64,000 nucleotides of DNA from an uncultured Candidatus Saccharibacteria bacterium (GTDB taxonomy: Bacteria; Patescibacteriota; Saccharimonadia; Saccharimonadales; JACDBH01). The DNA lies in contig CAYSJS010000003.1 in assembly GCA_964431415.1 (NCBI GenBank), forward strand, positions 36,422 to 100,421, in the 5' to 3' direction. The notes beneath the pieces are model-generated. The model ran no database searches and was not told the origin of the DNA. It saw only the letters and a program-made list of their open reading frames with translations. The translations under genes were made by a program, and so were the position numbers. This document shows positions 58,732 through 64,000 of this stretch, piece after piece (the stretch's first letter is position 1; each line of letters opens with the position of its first letter).

Positions 58732-59618
58732 TTTTTTATAGATTCCCGGGCCGCCCGGATAACATTATCAAAGAGTGCGCATACCGTAAGCGGACCAACG
58801 CCGCCTTTGGTGGGCGTTATCGTAAGGTCGTCCCTCTCGTACACTTCACTTGCCACGTCACCCACTGTTTTACCATCTTCGCTTGCCACCCCGGCATCCA
58901 CGACTACGGCTTTTTGCTTAATCATATCCGGAAAAAGTAGGGCCGGACTGCCTGCCGCAGTGATAATAATGTCGGCGTTTAGGCATTCGGCCTTTAAATC
59001 TTCGGTGGAGCGGTCGGCCACATTAACAGTATGCCCTGCAGAAAGCAGTATTTTTTCGAGCGGCTTGCCTACCAGCTTGCCTCTCCCAATGAGCAATATC
59101 GACTTGCCTTGCAGCTCAACGTTATAACCGGCAAGTAGCCACATTATGGCAAGAGGCGTAGCGGGTTCGTAGATTGCTTTAGCACCCAATGCATCGACGT
59201 CTTTTACAGGCTCTACCATACTGACTATTTGCTCGGTTTCAGACGGATCTTCTAACGGCAGCTGAACAATTATGGCATGCACATTTGGGTCGGCATTTAA
59301 CTTTTGGATTGTCCGGGCCGCATCTTTTTGCAGTACCCGATGCACCGATACGTCAATCAGTATGTCTGCGCCATATTGACGCTTGAGCCGCATATATACT
59401 TCTATGACCGGGTTTTCTACGGTTACTACAATTGCCAAATGCGGCTGTATCTTGTGCTCTTGACGAAGCGCCCGTACTTGCGCCGCCTGCCGCTCTTTAA
59501 TAAAGCCCGCTATTTCTTTGCCGTTTAATAATTTCATCTTGTAAGCTAGTATACCGTGCCTGACTTGTTTTATCACTATCTGTACTCTGTAAAAAACCTG
59601 ATACAATAAAGTAAACAT
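58728..59618 (-). CDS. folD: Bifunctional methylene-THF dehydrogenase / methenyl-THF cyclohydrolase
   Basis: LNGKEIA start. A YMRLKRQ-type K/R motif and the GRGKLVGKP NAD(P)-binding loop. Confidence 0.9.
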   Translation of the reverse strand: MFTLLYQVFYRVQIVIKQVRHGILAYKMKLLNGKEIAGFIKERQAAQVRALRQEHKIQPHLAIVVTVENPVIEVYMRLKRQYGADILIDVSVHRVLQKDAARTIQKLNADPNVHAIIVQLPLEDPSETEQIVSMVEPVKDVDALGAKAIYEPATPLAIMWLLAGYNVELQGKSILLIGRGKLVGKPLEKILLSAGHTVNVADRSTEDLKAECLNADIIITAAGSPALLFPDMIKQKAVVVDAGVASEDGKTVGDVASEVYERDDLTITPTKGGVGPLTVCALFDNVIRAARESIKK

Positions 59619-59643
59619 AAGAGTTTTAGGTGCGTAACAAAGT

Positions 59644-61575
59644 ATGATGATCCGTTCGCCTCAAGAACTGAGCCAGTCAATAAAATCTGCCATCGACCAC
59701 CGAGCGGTTCTTTTTTCACACATAATTTTGGCCCTCACCATCACATTTCACACCCTGCTTGCGCCCGACTCAGGCTCGTTTGAGCGAATAAGCGCCATAG
59801 CTATGAGTTTGGGTGTTTCCGTACTTATTGTCTTCCGCGTATTTGACCTCGCAAAAATAAATAACCATCCAAAGACTTATCTGCTCGGTTATTACACCTT
59901 AATATTCTTCGGCTATGTGCTGCTCAGTGACGCTGCCACCCCATATGCCATTGGCGTGTTTTTAGTCGTATTCTTAACCAACCTGTATTACGGCAGCCGC
60001 GGTGTGCTCTTTACGATCGGCTTTTTTGGGGTAATGACCGCCGTAAAATATGTGTATCTGCTACAGACAACAGAGTTCACGCTTGCCGATAAGTTAAATG
60101 TGGTTGTTGGCTTCTTTATTTTTACCGCGATCGCAAGCTTCTTTATTAATGTACAAAAAGTGTTTGACTGGGACCGCGCGCAGCTGCATGCGACTGTCAA
60201 AGAGGCTTTTGTGGAACAAAAACGTCTGCGCGCACTCATTAACAACATGACAGAAAGCGTACTGGTACTAGACAAAGAAGGCATTATCCGGCTCTATAAC
60301 GCTGCCGCGCTCGCACTTTTTAACACCAATAATAGCCTGAGTGACAAGCCACTGGACGGCTTTATTAAACTTGAGGAAGAAAATGGCAAAATTATTACTG
60401 CCATAGACTTACTCCCAAAAGATACCAAGCCTATTATCCGAAACGACATCCGCATTCGCTACAGCAGCGATGACACCGCTTCGCTGAGTATTGTCGCAAC
60501 CCCTATCCGCTCCACATTTGGCCAGGAGCGAGACGAAGAGGGATATGTATTAACCATGCGCGACATTACCCACGAAAAGTCCCTGGAAGAAGAGCGTGAT
60601 GAATTTATTTCCGTCATATCGCACGAGCTACGCACTCCGGTAACCGTGGCTGAGGCAGGCGTTTCTAATGCCCTGCTTCTCGCACAAAAAATGCCAAACG
60701 CCGAAAAGCTGACAAAATCACTACAAACGGCCCATGACCAGTCCGTATTTCTGGCTAATATGCTGAACGACCTCACCACCTTTGCACGCGCCGAAAAGGG
60801 TACGCTTGAAATGAACCTAGAAGAATTTAATCCACGCGAGTTGCTCGAAAACCTTAAGGGCGACTATATTGCCGCCGTTCAGGCCAAGGGCATGAATATA
60901 AAAACCGCATCCGACCCTTCAACTCCGCTCGTTATGGCGTCGAATCGGTTGTATATAAGAGAAATACTGCAAAACTTTATAACAAATGCGATCAAATACA
61001 GCGACAAAGGCACGATAACTTTAAGTGCAAAGGCACGTGACAAAGGGATCCTTTATAGCGTTAGCGACGAAGGCATAGGCATCTCGACCAGTGATCAAAA
61101 GAAGATATTTCAGAAGTTTTTCCGTACCGAAGATTATCGCACTCGCTCAACAAACGGCACCGGACTGGGCCTGTACATCGTTAAAAAACTCGCCAAGATC
61201 CTCGATGCCAGTTTCGAAGTACAGAGCGAGGTTGGCAAAGGGTCTACTTTTTCTCTCTACGTCCCGGATAAGAGCAGTGTACTTGCTGCCAAAAAAGCCG
61301 CCGATGCCGCACCCGTGCCGACTGTCCACAAAATGCCCACCAACACCCCTGCGCCTTCTTCGCAGCCCTCGACTCTTCCTCCCGCCCCCGCACTGCCAAT
61401 TACCCAAGTAACACCTCGTCACCCCGATCCCCAGCCCACCTTAACTCCCCCCATCCCCACCCCCGAGCCGGTAGTGACGGCTTCGCAGCCCACCCCTGCA
61501 ACTTCTGTTGCACCCGCGGCTCCAAGTCTACCGCCTACACCCACCCCAAACCCCACCTTGCAAAAACAGGGGTAA
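59644..61575 (+). CDS. Sensor histidine kinase with an N-terminal polytopic membrane domain, PAS, HisKA and HATPase_c domains, and a Pro-rich C-terminal tail
   Basis: H-box SHELRTPVTVAEAG. N, G1 and G2 boxes (NFITNAIKYS, DEGIGI, GTGLGL). A PAS-like stretch (LINNMTESVLVLDKEGIIRLYN). The last 80 aa are low-complexity P/T/S-rich. Confidence 0.8.
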   Translation: MMIRSPQELSQSIKSAIDHRAVLFSHIILALTITFHTLLAPDSGSFERISAIAMSLGVSVLIVFRVFDLAKINNHPKTYLLGYYTLIFFGYVLLSDAATPYAIGVFLVVFLTNLYYGSRGVLFTIGFFGVMTAVKYVYLLQTTEFTLADKLNVVVGFFIFTAIASFFINVQKVFDWDRAQLHATVKEAFVEQKRLRALINNMTESVLVLDKEGIIRLYNAAALALFNTNNSLSDKPLDGFIKLEEENGKIITAIDLLPKDTKPIIRNDIRIRYSSDDTASLSIVATPIRSTFGQERDEEGYVLTMRDITHEKSLEEERDEFISVISHELRTPVTVAEAGVSNALLLAQKMPNAEKLTKSLQTAHDQSVFLANMLNDLTTFARAEKGTLEMNLEEFNPRELLENLKGDYIAAVQAKGMNIKTASDPSTPLVMASNRLYIREILQNFITNAIKYSDKGTITLSAKARDKGILYSVSDEGIGISTSDQKKIFQKFFRTEDYRTRSTNGTGLGLYIVKKLAKILDASFEVQSEVGKGSTFSLYVPDKSSVLAAKKAADAAPVPTVHKMPTNTPAPSSQPSTLPPAPALPITQVTPRHPDPQPTLTPPIPTPEPVVTASQPTPATSVAPAAPSLPPTPTPNPTLQKQG

Positions 61576-61626
61576 TTTGTTAAAATCTTCTTTGTCACTT
61601 CCGGGTGGATCAATGGATTATAATAG

Positions 61627-61920
61627 ATGTTTTATTTTTACGTGCTTTTATCTCGTGAGGATAATACCTATTACTACGGCTCAACAAATGATTTGACACG
61701 TAGAGTTCACGAACACAATACCGGCAAGGTGCAATCCACCGTGTATAGACAACCATTAAAGTTGCTATACTATGAGGCGTACGAAGTAATGCGACAAGCA
61801 AGACTTCGCGAAAAACAAGTGAAAGCAAGTGGAAGTATCCGAAAAGCTTTACACGAAAGAATCAATCCCGTAATCCGTACGAGGGGCCAGCCCGGCCTCC
61901 CGCAGGGAAGCCGACGTTAG
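61627..61920 (+). CDS. Small GIY-YIG nuclease-family protein, second copy
   Basis: FYFYVLLSREDNTYYYGSTNDLTRRVHEHN is a GIY-YIG motif. Its 3' end overlaps the first copy of a 37-bp direct repeat, and it lies immediately upstream of tRNA-Lys. Confidence 0.7.
   Translation: MFYFYVLLSREDNTYYYGSTNDLTRRVHEHNTGKVQSTVYRQPLKLLYYEAYEVMRQARLREKQVKASGSIRKALHERINPVIRTRGQPGLPQGSRR
61877..61913. repeat. 37-bp direct repeat, copy 1 (gtacgaggggccagcccggcctcccgcagggaagccg)
   Basis: Identical to 61981-62017. It contains an internal imperfect hairpin (CCGGCCTCCC-gcag-GGGAAGCCGG). An extended imperfect match (ccgtaatcc / ccagtaacc) precedes both copies. Confidence 0.85.
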
Positions 61921-61980
61921 AGGAAAGTTAACTATTGCCCTAACGTAAGTACATTAACTAACCACAGTACCCAGTAACCT

Positions 61981-62017
61981 GTACGAGGGGCCAGCCCGGC
62001 CTCCCGCAGGGAAGCCG
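61981..62017. repeat. 37-bp direct repeat, copy 2, abutting the 5' end of tRNA-Lys
   Basis: Perfect match to 61877-61913. The spacer between copies is 67 bp. Confidence 0.85.
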
Positions 62018-62093
62018 GGCCAGTAGCTCAGCTGGTTAGAGCGTCTGCCTCTTAAGCAGAATGTCGTGGGTTCAAGTCCCACCTGGCCCTCCA
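62017..62093 (+). tRNA. tRNA-Lys (anticodon CUU), CCA encoded
   Basis: GGGCCAGTAGCTCAGCTGGTTAGAGCGTCTGCCTCTTAAGCAGAATGTCGTGGGTTCAAGTCCCACCTGGCCCTCCA folds as a cloverleaf. The anticodon loop CTCTTAA gives CUU. Confidence 0.85.
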
Positions 62094-62107
62094 TAACTAT
62101 ATGCACC

Positions 62108-62131
62108 AGGACCTCTTTTGAGGTCTTTTTG
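62108..62131 (+). terminator. Rho-independent terminator after tRNA-Lys
   Basis: GACCTC-tttt-GAGGTC followed by TTTTT. Confidence 0.55.
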
Positions 62132-62144
62132 TTACAATAAAATT

Positions 62145-62381
62145 ATGAAAAACAAAAAAACCATTATTGTAGGATTAATTATGGTTTTACTCCTACTTGG
62201 TTGGCTTGTACCTCTGGGCAGCTATACGACTACAAGAGGATGTCCTGTAGACCCAACGCCTACTGAAAGACTTCATTTGATTTTCGGGGATACTATTCAA
62301 GAAATAAAGGACGGTGATGTTGAGCCACCACCAAACGTCGGCTGTTCTATGAATACTAAATACGTACTTTATTTTCTTTAA
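62145..62381 (+). CDS. Small membrane/secreted hypothetical protein (78 aa from ATG; the track's TTG start at 62118 lies inside the terminator hairpin)
   Basis: MKNKKTIIVGLIMVLLLLGWLV has signal/TM-like character. No motif recognised. Confidence 0.35.
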   Translation: MKNKKTIIVGLIMVLLLLGWLVPLGSYTTTRGCPVDPTPTERLHLIFGDTIQEIKDGDVEPPPNVGCSMNTKYVLYFL

Positions 62382-62423
62382 ATAAAGTTGCAATAGGAAC
62401 CACGATGGCCCTCCATACCGCTT

Positions 62424-62876
62424 ATGCTTAAAGCTCCTCTGTTTTGGGGAGTTTTTTATTGTTATGATATTTGCATGGCAATTATAAATATTCGGCTACT
62501 TGCAAAAATCTTTGTATTAAACGACAAGGGCGAGATTTTACTACTTCAAAGAAGTCGTACCGATGATAGACGTCCACTCGGGTGGGACTTACCTGGCGGC
62601 AATGTTGAATATAACGAAGACCCCAATGAGGCCGTCGTGCGAGAGCTTCAAGAAGAGGCTGGGCTTACCGCGTCCAATGTACAGGTGTTTTATGTCGGAA
62701 CAGAAACAGAAGACCACTATATCGTTACACTACTTTACAAAGCCACGGCTGAAGCGACGGACATAAAGCTAAGCTTTGAACATGAGCAATACAGGTGGAT
62801 AAAGCCTGAGGAAATTACGGATTTTGAAATGCCGAAAAAATATGTGACTTCTGCCCTAATGCTTGCTGAGCGATAA
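62424..62876 (+). CDS. NUDIX hydrolase (start probably at MAIINIRLL, about 62475)
   Basis: NUDIX box GGNVEYNEDPNEAVVRELQEEAGL. Confidence 0.75.
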   Translation: MLKAPLFWGVFYCYDICMAIINIRLLAKIFVLNDKGEILLLQRSRTDDRRPLGWDLPGGNVEYNEDPNEAVVRELQEEAGLTASNVQVFYVGTETEDHYIVTLLYKATAEATDIKLSFEHEQYRWIKPEEITDFEMPKKYVTSALMLAER

Positions 62877-62922
62877 TTTTAGTCCCGATAAGCCCCTCCG
62901 CGTTCGTTCTAACCACAATGCT

Positions 62923-63417
62923 TTAAGATTTTTTGTTAGCTCTACGCAGGCTAATTACTTTTATACACACAAGGGTAAGGGCAACAATCATAATGTTCAG
63001 CAGCACTCTCTGTATGATTCTTCCTGATGGGTTCTGACACGTATAAGCTGTCGAAGGAATGTTGCACTTTTGATAATTGAATCCACTCAGCAAAGCAAGC
63101 ACTGCCCAGACAATTGGCATGATGCCGGCAATTAAATACAACCTAAGAAGGCTATTAAAGTTACGCTGAAGAATATACTTTCTAGCTAACCACGCGACAA
63201 ACACCAAAACCGCGATATACAAAAACATGTCTACGGGATAGAGGCTTGTTTGAGGATAAAAGGCTTGATCGCCCCCTCCCCTTTTCACCCGAGCCCACTG
63301 CCCACCGTAACTCACGAATACTGGAAAAACAAAGGATTGGAGATTGATTAAAATTAATGCTGCAAGCCCAAATATATAAACCACTATTCTTTTAGAGTTC
63401 TTTGTAGAATTACTCAT
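62923..63417 (-). CDS. Hypothetical polytopic membrane protein (4-5 TM)
   Basis: Hydrophobic helices throughout the ORF and no motif recognised. Confidence 0.45.
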   Translation of the reverse strand: MSNSTKNSKRIVVYIFGLAALILINLQSFVFPVFVSYGGQWARVKRGGGDQAFYPQTSLYPVDMFLYIAVLVFVAWLARKYILQRNFNSLLRLYLIAGIMPIVWAVLALLSGFNYQKCNIPSTAYTCQNPSGRIIQRVLLNIMIVALTLVCIKVISLRRANKKS

Positions 63418-63629
63418 GTATAGCGCAATTATAACAGAGATAATTAACCAAGCAGACTACAGTTGCGATAGCGTCTACTATGGCCCTCTGATAAGTACTG
63501 GTTTTCTGGGATATTCTTTGGAATATCGACGACAGTTTGGATGATGATAAACCCTTACATGCTATTTTTTACAAAGATATTCATGTTTTACCCTTGTATA
63601 TAAAAATATAAATTCTACACTTTCTCACT

Positions 63630-64000
63630 ATGAGAAAAAGTGTCACTCAAGAGTTTGATTTCGGCTGCGGCATTGCCTGCTTCGCGTTTGCGCTCGGCTT
63701 AACGTACCAACAAGCCGTCGCTCATCTGGGCGAAATACAGGCAAATAGCACCCGGTTCTGGGTTAAAGATCTTACGGCCGCGTTAAACAATTCGGGCAAG
63801 AACTATACGGCTAGGCACATAAAGCCCCGCCTCAGAAGTAAGATCTACGAAGAAGGAACAATTATCTTAATAAGGAGGTCCGGCCGGTACCCGAGCGGCC
63901 ACTATTTGATCCGCCATAGCGATCATTGGATGGATCCATGGATCAACTTACCGCACGACAAGGATATACGAAACGCCCAGTCTGGATTTAGAAAAAGACT
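63630..64000 (+). CDS. Putative papain-like / C39-like cysteine peptidase-domain protein (C-terminus beyond the window)
   Basis: Manual translation from ATG 63630 gives MRKSVTQEFDFGCGIACFAFALGL... The stretch FGCGIAC resembles the catalytic-Cys motif of C39 bacteriocin-processing-type peptidases. The ORF is open to the window end. Confidence 0.35.
   Translation, partial: MRKSVTQEFDFGCGIACFAFALGLTYQQAVAHLGEIQANSTRFWVKDLTAALNNSGKNYTARHIKPRLRSKIYEEGTIILIRRSGRYPSGHYLIRHSDHWMDPWINLPHDKDIRNAQSGFRKR

Noticed and set aside
61877-62017. Two 37-bp perfect direct repeats, considered as a mini CRISPR array
   Set aside because: There are only two copies and the 67-bp spacer is far longer than CRISPR spacers. 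No cas genes are nearby, and copy 2 abuts a tRNA gene. An insertion-site duplication or att-like element is more plausible.
62118-62144. TTG-initiated N-terminal extension of the small ORF after tRNA-Lys
   Set aside because: The extension overlaps the tRNA terminator hairpin. An ATG at 62145 preceded by an A-rich region is the more plausible start.

Overview
This 64-kb window is a gene-dense chromosomal segment transcribed almost entirely from the minus strand between about 0.8 and 53.6 kb. The gene content suggests a small-genome, monoderm (Gram-positive-type) bacterium: one LPXTG sortase substrate, a shortened AlaRS and an F-ATPase operon without a/c subunits. A CPR/Saccharibacteria-like affiliation is inference only.

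Housekeeping genes recognised from their motifs:
- obg, a LysM+CHAP cell-wall hydrolase, mltG, ruvX(yqgF), an FtsA-family actin-like ATPase, alaS and mnmA.
- An F1Fo ATP synthase operon containing only b-delta-alpha-gamma-beta-epsilon.
- A NifS/IscS-type cysteine desulfurase, tatD, metG and a GH37 trehalase.
- ssrA tmRNA, a MarR-MFS pair with a tandem palindromic operator, rsmA(ksgA), a YabE-like G5 protein, a NUDIX hydrolase and pcrA.
- tpiA-pgk-pyk, tRNA-Glu(UUC), a MoxR/DUF58/vWA triad, two sensor histidine kinases and an orphan receiver, murD, murI, folD and tRNA-Lys(CUU).

The most unusual region is a cell-envelope cluster of about 7 kb at 13.4-20.4 kb. It encodes three tandem paralogous secreted Thr/Ser/Gly-rich proteins that share an FG motif, Cys pairs and a C-terminal ...SG.Y....A.G.Y-COOH strand, reminiscent of SCPU/Csu-type chaperone-usher pilins. 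Next to them sit a signal-peptide protein with a PapD-like/DUF916-like N-domain and a C-terminal membrane anchor, a PKD-domain protein, a bitopic protein and a membrane-anchored beta-solenoid-like protein. No usher or sortase lies in the cluster.

Other notable features:
- Two small GIY-YIG nuclease ORFs, each directly beside an RNA gene (tmRNA and tRNA-Lys); the second is accompanied by a perfect 37-bp direct repeat.
- A c-subunit-like hairpin fused to an extracytoplasmic domain in place of atpB/atpE.
- A structured non-coding region with a minus-strand terminator upstream of the trehalase gene.
- A duplicated tpiA 5' fragment.

All calls come from reading the sequence and recalling family motifs. 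No database searches were run.
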